The notes: a model not told the origin generated them from the sequence alone. DNA of 56,216 nucleotides from Candidatus Poseidoniales archaeon (GCA_028283345.1 JAPOGE010000001.1:1-56216); one strand, 5' to 3'. Positions 8,775 through 18,403 are shown, counted from the stretch's first letter. Numbers and translations: made by a program.

Positions 8775-9116
8775 ATGGCCGAGAATCTTGCCGCGCAATT
8801 GCAGGGAGGGGGCGCCGACTTCGTTCTCTTCTCGACAATGACCTGCCCTTTCTGCAGCGCGGCAAAGAAAGCCTTGAAGCAACATGGATGGTCGTGGAAA
8901 GAGCACGATGTGAATGTCTCTAGGACCAGGGGGCTGTATTCGCGGGTAGTCGCACAAACCGGCCATCGAACTGTGCCGGTGGTCTTTGACATGCGTGGTG
9001 ATGAACCAACCTTCATCGGTGGCTCGGGCGAACTCAACTCTCTGCTGAAGCGAGAATCCGGTCATACCTCGCCCGGTCGTGGTCTATTCGGATTTCTGTT
9101 CCGGGCCAATACCTAA
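8775..9116 (+). CDS. Glutaredoxin-like protein
   Basis: FVLFSTMTCPFCSAAKKAL (CPFC active site), then TVPVVF and a GG motif (FIGGSGEL), which is the thioredoxin fold pattern. Confidence 0.8.
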   Translation: MAENLAAQLQGGGADFVLFSTMTCPFCSAAKKALKQHGWSWKEHDVNVSRTRGLYSRVVAQTGHRTVPVVFDMRGDEPTFIGGSGELNSLLKRESGHTSPGRGLFGFLFRANT

Positions 9117-9129
9117 TGGCCTATGGGGG

Positions 9130-9136
9130 TTAAATA
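9130..9136 (+). promoter_or_regulatory. TATA-like box (ttaaata) about 27 nt upstream of the ATG at 9160, followed by a perfect 6-5-6 palindrome GGTCAAcggcaTTGACC (9142-9158)
   Basis: Direct reading. The palindrome sits between the TATA box and the start codon of the DEAD-box helicase gene. Confidence 0.35.
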
Positions 9137-9159
9137 GGGCTGGTCAACGGCATTGACCA

Positions 9160-10737
9160 ATGGCATCTGTGAGTTTCTCCGACCTCGGCATCGAGCGCCG
9201 CTTGGTTCACCTGCTCGAGCAGCAGGGAATCACTGAACCCTTTGAGGTTCAGCGGGAATCGATTCCCGATGGAATGCTCGGTCGAGATATCTGTTGCCGA
9301 GCCCCGACCGGCTCGGGTAAGACCCTGGCCTTCGGGTTGCCGCTTATCTCTCGATGCCGGCGAGCTCGACCGCACCTGCCGACCTCACTCATCCTGACCC
9401 CGACCCGTGAGTTGGCCGAGCAGATCTGCTCGGTACTCAACCCCCTCGCCCGAGAACTTGACCTCAAGGTATTGACAATTTACGGCGGCACCTCATACGT
9501 GAAACAACGCCGCGCCCTTGAGCGCGGCGTCGATATCGTCGTCGCCTGCCCGGGGCGATTGCTCGATTTGATGCACAATGGGGTTCTCGGTTTGGAAGAT
9601 GTCGACATCGCGGTGATAGATGAGGCTGACCGCATGGCTGATATGGGATTCATGGAGCCGGTGTGTGAGATTCTCGACCACTGTTCGAATGAGCGGCAAA
9701 CCATCCTCTTCAGTGCGACCTTGGACGAGGAAGTCGACGACATCGTTGCCAACTACATGTACGAGGCGGTGACCATCGAAGTTGGGCCGAAAGAGGTCAG
9801 CATGGATACCATGCAACACATATCCTGGCTGATACGAAGTAATATGAAATCTGAAATCGCCCGCGAAGCGGTGCGTAAATGTGGTCGCAGTATCATCTTC
9901 TGTCGCACAAGAGCTGGGGTCGATCGAGTCGGCTACGACTTCAATGATAATGGCTTGAGCGCCGCCGTCCTGCACGGCGGGCTGTCGCAACGTGAGCGTA
10001 ACCGGGCGATGCAGAGATTCAGCGATGGTGAGTGTATTGCCATGATCGCCACCGATGTGGCGGCGCGTGGTATCGATATCCAAGATGTCGCCTGTATTAT
10101 TCATTACGACCCACCCGAGAATGGCAAGGCGTACAAACATCGCAGTGGAAGAACCGCCCGCGCCGGGGCGAAAGGCATCGTCATCTCACTGGTGCAGAAA
10201 CCACAGAAGAAGAAATTCATCGGAATGCAGAGGAGTTTCGGCGTCCATTGTGAGTTCACCCCACCTGACTTCGGAGTTCTGCCGGAGACCGAAATTGGAT
10301 ACTTCCCGCCTCCCCAGGGGAATAGCAGTTCTAAAAACAACTCCTCGCGCCGAAACGGTCGCTATGGCGGGCGCAACGGCAACCGCAATGATGGACGAAA
10401 TGGCAACCGCAACGGCGGACGAAACGAAAACCGCAACGGTGGGCGTCGAAACGGCGGTCGCAACAATAACCACAGCGATGGTGGCCAACGCAACGGCGGT
10501 CGCAATGGCGGTCAGCGTAAGTACCCCAGCCGAAATAATCACAATAACCGGAGTAGAAAAAGTGGCCGAGGTGGCCAGCGAAATGGTGGGCAACAATATA
10601 ATCACCGCGATGGTGGTGATGAGCACAATGACGATAGCGGACGCAACAGCCACCGCAATGGCCACAGGGATGGCGGCCAGCGCAATAGCCAGCACAAGAA
10701 CAAAGGTCAGCGAAATTATTCTCGCCGCCAACATTAA
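9160..10737 (+). CDS. DEAD-box ATP-dependent RNA helicase with a C-terminal G/R/N-rich tail of about 150 aa
   Basis: Q-motif region, APTGSGKT (I), PTRELA (Ia), VIDEADRM (II, DEAD), SAT (III) and HRSGRTARAG (VI). The tail reads GRNGNRNDGRNGNRNGGRNENRNGG... Confidence 0.92.
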   Translation: MASVSFSDLGIERRLVHLLEQQGITEPFEVQRESIPDGMLGRDICCRAPTGSGKTLAFGLPLISRCRRARPHLPTSLILTPTRELAEQICSVLNPLARELDLKVLTIYGGTSYVKQRRALERGVDIVVACPGRLLDLMHNGVLGLEDVDIAVIDEADRMADMGFMEPVCEILDHCSNERQTILFSATLDEEVDDIVANYMYEAVTIEVGPKEVSMDTMQHISWLIRSNMKSEIAREAVRKCGRSIIFCRTRAGVDRVGYDFNDNGLSAAVLHGGLSQRERNRAMQRFSDGECIAMIATDVAARGIDIQDVACIIHYDPPENGKAYKHRSGRTARAGAKGIVISLVQKPQKKKFIGMQRSFGVHCEFTPPDFGVLPETEIGYFPPPQGNSSSKNNSSRRNGRYGGRNGNRNDGRNGNRNGGRNENRNGGRRNGGRNNNHSDGGQRNGGRNGGQRKYPSRNNHNNRSRKSGRGGQRNGGQQYNHRDGGDEHNDDSGRNSHRNGHRDGGQRNSQHKNKGQRNYSRRQH

Positions 10738-10769
10738 CCCCGGGATAATTAGCCTATCAGGCGAATTAT

Positions 10770-12050
10770 TCAGAGGTAGAAGTCACTCTGTAAGGTGAGT
10801 CCCGGCTCGACCGCATACTCCGAGAAATCGGTTATTCCAATCTGCCGGAGGGAACTTTCGTCGGTGTGGAAATTTCCGCTGTGCTCAGTTGGGCGCGATA
10901 GAATCTCAAAGGCCGAGTCGGCACAGATTTTCGGCTTACGACTACGCCGTGCCATCTCATCACCACCTAGAGCCTTGTTCAATCTGACCGCGGCCGTGTC
11001 GATGGTGGTCGCCGGCCACATAGCATTGATGGCGATTCCATCGGCGGCCAATTCGGCTGAAAGGCCGAGCACAATCATCGACATACCGTATTTCGACAAA
11101 GTGTAGGCAAGCGTCCCATCAAGCCATTTTGGCTCTAGTGAGATCGGTGGAGCGAGCACTAGAATACGCCCCATATCAGAGGCGCGCAAAGCCGGTAGAG
11201 CCGCCTGGCATAGTGCGAAGGTGGCGCGCACGTTGACTTGGTGCACCAGATCATAGCGTTTCATCGGTGTCTGCTCAAAAGAGGCGATGAATAACGCTCC
11301 AGCATTACAGACGACGGCATCGATGCCGCCGAAACGCTTCACCGCCGCCTCTACCGCATGGTTCAGCGCGATGTCATCCCGCACATCGGTCGCAACGCAC
11401 AGAGCTGTGCCACCCAGCGCCTCAACCTCGGCTTTGCTTTCATTCAAGGTGCCTGGAATGTCGTCCGGTCCTTCACCGGAGTCCAGTGTCCTACCGAGCA
11501 GTACAAGATTGGCGCCGGCTTGAGCGAATCGCATGGCGATGGCCTTGCCGATTCCGCGACTGGCGCCACTGATTAGCACGGTTTTTCGGTGCCAGTCACT
11601 GATTCGTCCAGACTCATTCAGGATATCTTCACCCAATGCCTCGCCCGATAGTTCGGCCACACCATTGCCAAAGCCATTTGCCGAACCAGAAGATGGGGCG
11701 GCGCTGGATGGCTCGGCACCGGAATCACCACTCATGCACTCTTCCTCAACCAGTTCGATGTAGCTTGACATTGCTTCATCACTCGACATTCCCGCGCGTT
11801 TTTTCCATGCTTTCCACTTGGCCGCCGCGACCATGCCCTCAGCGATTGGCAGCTGTCCTTGCACATCACCTTTTTTCGCCTGTTTGTAGAGCGAATACAA
11901 GCGTAGCAATGTAGCATCATCAGGCTTCTGAGTGAGGGTTTTGATTCGGCGAGCCGCCTTCTCAAAGGAACGTGATTGGCTCAAGAAGAAGCCTCCGGAC
12001 CACTTTCCCGGCTTGGCTCCAGGAAAGGGCCAAGGTGTGGGTGTAACCAT
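10770..12050 (-). CDS. Acyl-CoA-binding protein (ACBP) domain fused to a short-chain dehydrogenase/reductase (SDR)
   Basis: N-terminal ACBP signature FEKAARRIKTLTQKPDDATLLRLYSLYKQAKKGDV...AAKWKAWKKRAGMSSDEAMSSYIELV. After an S/A/G linker comes the SDR: VLISGASRGIGKAIA (TGxxxGxG-like) and YTLSKYG (YxxxK). The ATG at 12050 overlaps the upstream gene by 70 nt. A TTG at 11984, overlapping that gene's stop as TTGA, would give MSQSRSFEKAA, a more typical ACBP N-terminus. Confidence 0.85.
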   Translation of the reverse strand: MVTPTPWPFPGAKPGKWSGGFFLSQSRSFEKAARRIKTLTQKPDDATLLRLYSLYKQAKKGDVQGQLPIAEGMVAAAKWKAWKKRAGMSSDEAMSSYIELVEEECMSGDSGAEPSSAAPSSGSANGFGNGVAELSGEALGEDILNESGRISDWHRKTVLISGASRGIGKAIAMRFAQAGANLVLLGRTLDSGEGPDDIPGTLNESKAEVEALGGTALCVATDVRDDIALNHAVEAAVKRFGGIDAVVCNAGALFIASFEQTPMKRYDLVHQVNVRATFALCQAALPALRASDMGRILVLAPPISLEPKWLDGTLAYTLSKYGMSMIVLGLSAELAADGIAINAMWPATTIDTAAVRLNKALGGDEMARRSRKPKICADSAFEILSRPTEHSGNFHTDESSLRQIGITDFSEYAVEPGLTLQSDFYL

Positions 12051-13087
12051 TGTTCCAGAGTTCTCCGTCGGATGGAACTATCCGTAGTCGGGCTGTGCTC
12101 ATGCCCTTTCAGCAGGTACGAAGTGCATAGGTCATCATCGACATGTTGCATCAGCAGGTCATGGTGGGCGGTTCCGAGGCGTGAATCGTTCTCGGCCTGC
12201 AGTACCAACATCTCCACCTTCGGCATTCCGAAATGAGGTACTTGCGAGTTGGCATAACGAATATTCAAATCGGGGTGGATACGCTCAAACTCACGCCGCA
12301 GAATTTGCCGAACCCAGCCCCTCAATGGTTGCAGTAATGGGTGGATCTCTGATTCTATTAACATCGGAAAAGAAGAGGCTGGACTTTCAAGCATGAGGCC
12401 TTGAAGTCGCTCGGCCCACCATCCAGAGGGACGGGAAGCGAGCCGCATTCCGATGAATCCACCGACGCTATGACCGTATATCCACACCTTCTCGACAGGC
12501 TCCTCATACCTCTCGACCACCGATTCCAATAGGGCTTCGGCATCGGCGACCACTTTGAGAAGGGTCCAGTCCTGACGTAGGTCACAATGCCCATGGCCGC
12601 GCATATCCATTCCCACCACATCCAGGCCGAGTTCAACCAAGTGCTCGATGCGTGACTCGTTATTTGACAGGGATGAACCATATCCGTGCAGATAGAGAAC
12701 CAATCCTTTCGGCTTGTCATTGGGCTCTGCCTCGGCGCGCAGATGACGACCGGTCAGGGTTGAATTCCCCCAGCCTTTGAAGCGAAATATCTCCCAATGT
12801 GGATTGGTCAAACTCGATGGTGGGCAAAACGGTGAGGTCAGTATCTTCCGCAGTATTATCATGCGAAGGGTAAGCCAGGCCGCCACCGGTAGTGATGCCC
12901 CCAATAGCACCCAAGCGATGGTCAGTCCGCGCCATGTCGGAAGAGCGATGAGAGCGAGTAACTCAAGGGCTAGTAAAAACGTGCCAAAATATGGTAAAGT
13001 CAGCCACCCGGGTGGTATACTGGCCTTGTAGGACGCAGCCCCCTGCGTTCGATTACTGTGCTTATGAGTGGCGTGCGAGATGCTCAA
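11981..13087 (-). CDS. Membrane-anchored alpha/beta hydrolase (lysophospholipase / monoacylglycerol-lipase-like)
   Basis: Two N-terminal TM helices, an LVLYLHGYGSS oxyanion region, the GHSVGG nucleophile elbow (GxSxG) and a C-terminal His region. Overlaps the ACAD stop by 4 nt. Confidence 0.75.
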   Translation of the reverse strand: MSISHATHKHSNRTQGAASYKASIPPGWLTLPYFGTFLLALELLALIALPTWRGLTIAWVLLGASLPVAAWLTLRMIILRKILTSPFCPPSSLTNPHWEIFRFKGWGNSTLTGRHLRAEAEPNDKPKGLVLYLHGYGSSLSNNESRIEHLVELGLDVVGMDMRGHGHCDLRQDWTLLKVVADAEALLESVVERYEEPVEKVWIYGHSVGGFIGMRLASRPSGWWAERLQGLMLESPASSFPMLIESEIHPLLQPLRGWVRQILRREFERIHPDLNIRYANSQVPHFGMPKVEMLVLQAENDSRLGTAHHDLLMQHVDDDLCTSYLLKGHEHSPTTDSSIRRRTLEQWLHPHLGPFLEPSRESGPEASS

Positions 13088-14856
13088 AAACTCGCCTCCG
13101 GGAATTTCATCAGATGCTTGTGGCCGGCCTGCACCTTGGCGGCAAGTCCAACGTTATCGGGCAGGATCTCGGCGAAGAATACGTCTGCCAGCCTGAGTTT
13201 GGCATCGTAGAACGAATCCTCAATCCCCGCCGCTTTCGCATCGAGGCTGACACGCGCCATGCGCGCCCACATGTAGGCGAGCATCGTGTTGCCGAAGTAA
13301 GTGCAGTAATCGGTCGCACCCGCGGCGAGGAAGTGAGGGTTGCCCATCCCTTCGGCTACCATCAGCAGGGTGAGTTGTTGTAGTCCACGCACGCTCTGGT
13401 GCAGCGGTTTGGTGTACCTCGCCATCGCCGGATCATCACGATTCTCCTCAATGAACTCAACAAGGGGCCACATCAGGCTACGCAGGTTCCTACCGAAGTC
13501 CTGAGTAATCTTGCGCCCTGCGAGATCGAGTGCCTGAATGCCGTTCGTGCCTTCCCATATCGGTGCGATTCGAACGTCTCGATAAAATTGCTCGACACCG
13601 TATTCGCTGCAGTAGCCCGCCCCGCCCATGACCTGGATGGCGAGACTACAGGTCTCACAACCAAGATCGGTACCGAGCGCCTTGATCACGGGGGTCAACA
13701 GGGCGATGAGCGCTGTCGCATGAACCTTGGATTCCTCATCCCCTCGGTGCATTTCATCTAGCAGCGTACCAATCCATGTGCCCAAGGCGCGAATGCCTTC
13801 GTTATTCGCCTTCATCTTCAGCAACATGCGCCGAACGTCAGGATGGACGAGAATCGTGTCGGCTTTCTCATGGAGATCCTTGACTCCCCTCAGGTCGCGT
13901 CCCTGTCGGCGCTCGACGCACCAGTCGAGGGAATTCTGGTAGGCGACCTCGCCGAGTCCTAGACCCATCATTCCGGTTGCAAGGCGTTCGCGATTCATCA
14001 TCTCGAACATCAGGCTCATACCGCTGTTGGCCTCACCGATCAACCAGCCGACGCTCGCATCGAAATTGAGCACACAGGTCGGACTGCCATGCAGCCCCAT
14101 CTTCTCCTCGATTCCCGAACAGGATATACCGTTCACGTTATCCTCATCAGGTAGATATTTCGGAACCAGGAAGAGTGAGATGCCGCGACTTCCCTCAGGG
14201 GCATCTGGCAATTTCGCCAGCACCATGTGGATTATATTGTCGGAGAGATCATGCTCGCCAGAGGTGATGAACATCTTCGTGCCGGTGAGGCTGTAGGAAC
14301 CATCGTCCAACGAAACGGCCTTGGTGCGTATCATGCCGAGGTCGGTGCCCGCATGAGGCTCGGTCAAGCACATCGTGCCACACCATCTCCCACTCGCGAC
14401 CTTCTCCGCATAGGTGTCGATGAGGTGCGCTTCGCCATGGGTGGTCAGCAGGTCGTAGACACCGAGGCCTAACGCAGAGACGACGGAAAGGGCCATGTTC
14501 GCTGAGATGGCGAATTCATCCATCGCGTTGCGGAAGAACAACGGACATTCCATGCCCCCGTGCTCGACCTTGGCGGCGGCAGCGAACCAACCACCTGCGG
14601 TGGTCAGATCCCAAGCATCCTTGAAGCCCGGAGGCATCGTGACCTGCCCATTTTCGTAAATGCAGCCGAACTTATCGCCATCCATGTTGGTTGGCAACCA
14701 GGTTGTGCGCATCAGCTCACCCCATTCCTCCAGCATCATGTCAATCGTGTCGCGGTCCCAATCCTCGTAACCGAGTCGCTCAGAGATATCAGTGACTTGG
14801 AAAACCTCGTGGAAGAGGAAGGTGTAGTCGCGCAGCGGTGCATCGTATCGAACCAT
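13084..14856 (-). CDS. Acyl-CoA dehydrogenase, long form with extra C-terminal domain
   Basis: CLTEPHAGTDLG, FITSGEHD and IWEGTNGIQALDL motifs; 590 aa. Confidence 0.92.
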   Translation of the reverse strand: MVRYDAPLRDYTFLFHEVFQVTDISERLGYEDWDRDTIDMMLEEWGELMRTTWLPTNMDGDKFGCIYENGQVTMPPGFKDAWDLTTAGGWFAAAAKVEHGGMECPLFFRNAMDEFAISANMALSVVSALGLGVYDLLTTHGEAHLIDTYAEKVASGRWCGTMCLTEPHAGTDLGMIRTKAVSLDDGSYSLTGTKMFITSGEHDLSDNIIHMVLAKLPDAPEGSRGISLFLVPKYLPDEDNVNGISCSGIEEKMGLHGSPTCVLNFDASVGWLIGEANSGMSLMFEMMNRERLATGMMGLGLGEVAYQNSLDWCVERRQGRDLRGVKDLHEKADTILVHPDVRRMLLKMKANNEGIRALGTWIGTLLDEMHRGDEESKVHATALIALLTPVIKALGTDLGCETCSLAIQVMGGAGYCSEYGVEQFYRDVRIAPIWEGTNGIQALDLAGRKITQDFGRNLRSLMWPLVEFIEENRDDPAMARYTKPLHQSVRGLQQLTLLMVAEGMGNPHFLAAGATDYCTYFGNTMLAYMWARMARVSLDAKAAGIEDSFYDAKLRLADVFFAEILPDNVGLAAKVQAGHKHLMKFPEASF

Positions 14857-14869
14857 TCCAATCTTCTCC

Positions 14870-17260
14870 TCAATTTCGAAGTGGCTTCCCCTTGGCTAAC
14901 ATATGTTCCATGCGCGCCAGCGTCGCTTCTTGGCGGGAGAGAGATATAATCGCCTCACGCTCTAATTTGAGGATGTCATCTTCGCTGAGAGTTCGGGTCA
15001 CGTCAGCGGAATCACCACCGGAAAGGACTCTCGCTAATTCACCGATGACTGTGACATCGTGTGGGGTTGCCTTGCCCGACAAGGCAAGGTCGGAGAGAGC
15101 CATCTCAAGGGCAACTCGTCCCGAACTACCCGGCAAAACATAGGTGTGTGGCTCAGGAGGGGAATAATCCTCGGCCAATTCAAGTAGAAGCGTTTTAGCA
15201 TCGGCTAACAGCCGGTCTCGATTCATGCTGATTCTATCGCTCGGCCGAAGAAATCCGAGGGCGCGCGCCTGTTCGGCCGATTTTGCAACTTTGGCCAGGC
15301 CAATGGTCTCAAATGCTTGCATCGGCGCTCCCATTGGACCGCCGGTGGAGAGCCCGAATTCGGGCAGGCGAGCGAGGATCTCCTTGCAACCGCCCCATGC
15401 AGGGATTATTCCGACACCAACCTCGACCAGACCGATGTATGATTCAGAGTGTGCCTGCACTGCGTCACTATGCAATAGTACCTCACAGCCACCGCCCAGA
15501 CACATTCCCGATGCCGCGGAAACCACTGGTACCTCGGCGAACTTCAAGGCCTGATACGCCTGCTGTCCCAGTGAGATGAAACCCTCGAGTTCCTGCCACG
15601 CTCCGAGGTTAGCAGCAAAAAGTGCAAGACCGAGATTAGCGCCGGCACAGAAGTGCTGAGCATCGTTACCGATGAGAATTCCGCGCCACCCATCGCTCTC
15701 GGCAAGGTCGACCGCGGCGAGTAGCATTTCCAAGCTATTGGGGTCAATGGTGTTCATCTTAGAGTGATATTCGACCAGTAGTATGCCATCACCAGCATCC
15801 CACAGGCTGGCACTTCCATTACGCTTTATTGCTCTACCTTGGCGGCGCTTGAGGTCGGCAACGGTGAAGGTCTCTGCCGGGCGCTCGACCAGAATATGGG
15901 TGCCGTCATTGGTCAATCTGGTCAATTCGTTTTCCGCAACCGCATGGAAACCACCAGCACTGACCGCCAACTGAAGTATTTCAGGTACTTTACGGCCTGC
16001 CGCTTCGAGTTCGTTGACCAGCCACTCAGCGCCGATAGCATCGATCATCTCAAAGGGACCTTGCTTCCAATTGTAGCCTACTCGCATTGCCCCGTCAATG
16101 GCTGAGATATCATCGCTCACCTCAGGCACCAAGCCAGCAGCATAGGCGAGGGTATCGATGAGAATCTCCTTGACGAATTGTGCACCTGCATCACCGTGCT
16201 CAAATAGTCGGGAGAGTCCCTGCTTAGCGATTTTTGCTGAAGGATGGGCGGCCCTACGATTGGCCGGAGCATATTCACCGGTCTTCAGGTTACGCGCCTC
16301 CTTGATGCGTTGACCACCTTCGGTGTTGAGGCGATAGAATCCCCCTTTGCCCTTTCGGCCAGTGTAGCCATCGGCAATCATCGTCTCGATGATTTCGCCA
16401 CCGAACCCTGCAATCTCGTGTAGAGCATCGGTGGCCGGCAGGAGTTCGACCATATTGGCAATCACATTCGGTACCAGGTCGATTCCGACCAAGTCCATCA
16501 ATCCGAAGACCCCGGTCTTCGGCATTCCCAGTGGCAGGCCGAGCATCGCGTCGGCCTGCTCGACGGTGAAACCGTGTTCAAGGGTGGCGGCAATCGCCCT
16601 CTGAACGAAATAGATACCGAGTCGATTACCGATGAAACCGGGTGTATCATTGCATATGGTTACGCGCTTTCCCAGACTCTGTTCGGCGAAGCACTGGAAA
16701 CGCGCCATGACCTTTTCACTGACCTCTTCACCCCCAACCACCTCAAGCAGCGGGAGATATCTGGGAGGGTTGAAAAAATGTGTTATCAGGAATCGCGAGG
16801 CTAGAGATGCCTCCATCCCGACGATGAGTTCCACGCGAGGCAGAGTGCTGGTATTCGAAGACAGAATCGCCGTCTCTGATAGATGTTCAGCGATATTGGC
16901 ATAGACCTTGCGCTTGATATCCACCCTCTCAACGACCACCTCGATGACCCAGTCACAGTCGGCGAGCAGTTCCAGGTCATCCTCTAGATTTCCGGCGGTG
17001 ATTCGCCCGGCAAAGTCTGGATGCATCAGCACCTCGGGGTTCGCCGTAGCCATCTCTTCAAGTGCCTTCAGGGCCAGAACATTTCGCTCCTGTGCCCCTT
17101 TTGGGACGATGTCCATCAGCAGTACTTCACAGCCGGCATTGGCGCAGTGAGCGGCGATTCCGGCACCCATCACCCCACTACCGATAACCGCGACACGGCG
17201 AATACTATTCTCTTGTTGAGTTGGCTCAATATAATTCTGGGGGAATACCGCTATCGACAT
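14870..17260 (-). CDS. Bifunctional 3-hydroxyacyl-CoA dehydrogenase (N-terminal) / enoyl-CoA hydratase (C-terminal)
   Basis: The N-terminal Rossmann VAVIGSGVMGAGIAAHCANAG is followed by the HAD C-terminal domains. The C-terminal crotonase fold has FCAGANL and CLGGGCEVLL. 796 aa. Confidence 0.92.
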   Translation of the reverse strand: MSIAVFPQNYIEPTQQENSIRRVAVIGSGVMGAGIAAHCANAGCEVLLMDIVPKGAQERNVLALKALEEMATANPEVLMHPDFAGRITAGNLEDDLELLADCDWVIEVVVERVDIKRKVYANIAEHLSETAILSSNTSTLPRVELIVGMEASLASRFLITHFFNPPRYLPLLEVVGGEEVSEKVMARFQCFAEQSLGKRVTICNDTPGFIGNRLGIYFVQRAIAATLEHGFTVEQADAMLGLPLGMPKTGVFGLMDLVGIDLVPNVIANMVELLPATDALHEIAGFGGEIIETMIADGYTGRKGKGGFYRLNTEGGQRIKEARNLKTGEYAPANRRAAHPSAKIAKQGLSRLFEHGDAGAQFVKEILIDTLAYAAGLVPEVSDDISAIDGAMRVGYNWKQGPFEMIDAIGAEWLVNELEAAGRKVPEILQLAVSAGGFHAVAENELTRLTNDGTHILVERPAETFTVADLKRRQGRAIKRNGSASLWDAGDGILLVEYHSKMNTIDPNSLEMLLAAVDLAESDGWRGILIGNDAQHFCAGANLGLALFAANLGAWQELEGFISLGQQAYQALKFAEVPVVSAASGMCLGGGCEVLLHSDAVQAHSESYIGLVEVGVGIIPAWGGCKEILARLPEFGLSTGGPMGAPMQAFETIGLAKVAKSAEQARALGFLRPSDRISMNRDRLLADAKTLLLELAEDYSPPEPHTYVLPGSSGRVALEMALSDLALSGKATPHDVTVIGELARVLSGGDSADVTRTLSEDDILKLEREAIISLSRQEATLARMEHMLAKGKPLRN

Positions 17261-18403
17261 TCACTCCACCTTCTCCAGCACCGTCGCGATTCCCTGCCCA
17301 CCACCGATACACATCGTCGCCAGTGCGGTACGGTATCCATTGCGGGATAGGATTGTGGCGGCACGACCGACAATTCGCGCTCCTGAAGCGCCGAGGGGAT
17401 GACCGAGTGCCAGCGCTCCACCATCGATATTGACCTTGGCAACATCGAGGCCCAATTCCTCGATGACCGCCAACGATTGCGCCGCGAAAGCCTCGTTCAA
17501 CTCGATGACATCGATATCTTCAAGGCCGACCCCGCCCCGCTCCAGTGCCTTCATGGTGGCCTCGACCGGCCCTATTCCCATCACTTCGGGGGCGCAGCCG
17601 GAAATCGCCACGCTGAGAATGCGCGCCATCGGGGTCAAGCCATGCCGCTGGGCGAATACTTCTGAACAGACCAGCACGAATGCGGCGCCATCGGTGAATG
17701 GGGATGAAGTACCTGCCGTCACTGAGCCATTCTCGATGAAGGCCGGGCGCAATTTTGCCAAGGTAGCGACATCACTCTGGGCACGAATACAACCGTCTTC
17801 GCTGACAATTCCATCCTCGGTCTCAATCGGTATGATGACCTCGCTGAATGCTCCTGCCTGACTAGCTATCACGGCACGCTGATGGCTTGCGACCGCGAAT
17901 TCCTCCTGCTCCTCGCGCGATATCTCATAGACCGAGGCGAGATTCTCTGCGGTCACCCCCATGTTAGTGAATACCTCGGGCTGCTGCCTCGCCAGGCGCG
18001 GATTGGGAAGAGGATTGAATCCAGACATCGGAATCCGGGTCATCGATTCGACACCACCGGCGATGAAGGCATCACCAGCACCGAGCGCGACACGGCCGGC
18101 GGCATCGTGAATCGCCTGCATCGACGAGCCGCAGAAGCGGTTGATGGTCACGCCACCGACCGAGACCGGCAGGTCGGCGAGGAACCCGACCATCCGGCCG
18201 AGGTTGAAACCCTGCTCTCCTTCGGGGAAGGCACAGCCGACCAGAACATCTTCTATGAGCGCCGGGTCGAGGGCGATTTTGTCGAGCAATCCCTTGATTA
18301 CCGCGGCGGCGATATCATCGGGACGAGCTGTTGCCAAGCCACCTTTATTGGCTGGGGTGAAGGGTGAACGAGCGAAGCCACAGATTACAGGTTTTGACGG
18401 CAT
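17261..18403 (-). CDS. Acetyl-CoA C-acyltransferase (thiolase)
   Basis: NRFCGSSMQAI (active-site Cys), GHPLGASGARI and CIGGGQGIATVLE. Start trimmed from the track ORF (18538) to the ATG at 18403 (MPSKPVICGFARSPF), which removes a non-protein-like AT-rich extension. Confidence 0.92.
   Translation of the reverse strand: MPSKPVICGFARSPFTPANKGGLATARPDDIAAAVIKGLLDKIALDPALIEDVLVGCAFPEGEQGFNLGRMVGFLADLPVSVGGVTINRFCGSSMQAIHDAAGRVALGAGDAFIAGGVESMTRIPMSGFNPLPNPRLARQQPEVFTNMGVTAENLASVYEISREEQEEFAVASHQRAVIASQAGAFSEVIIPIETEDGIVSEDGCIRAQSDVATLAKLRPAFIENGSVTAGTSSPFTDGAAFVLVCSEVFAQRHGLTPMARILSVAISGCAPEVMGIGPVEATMKALERGGVGLEDIDVIELNEAFAAQSLAVIEELGLDVAKVNIDGGALALGHPLGASGARIVGRAATILSRNGYRTALATMCIGGGQGIATVLEKVE

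Noticed and set aside
10055-10798. 247-aa plus-strand ORF and 182-aa minus-strand ORF (10186-10734) overlapping the 3' end of the DEAD-box gene.
   Set aside because: These are alternative frames of the G/R/N repeat DNA. They translate to monotonous A/T/V/I or M/A/T strings. The helicase frame is continuous with a canonical core, so they are repeat-induced artefacts.
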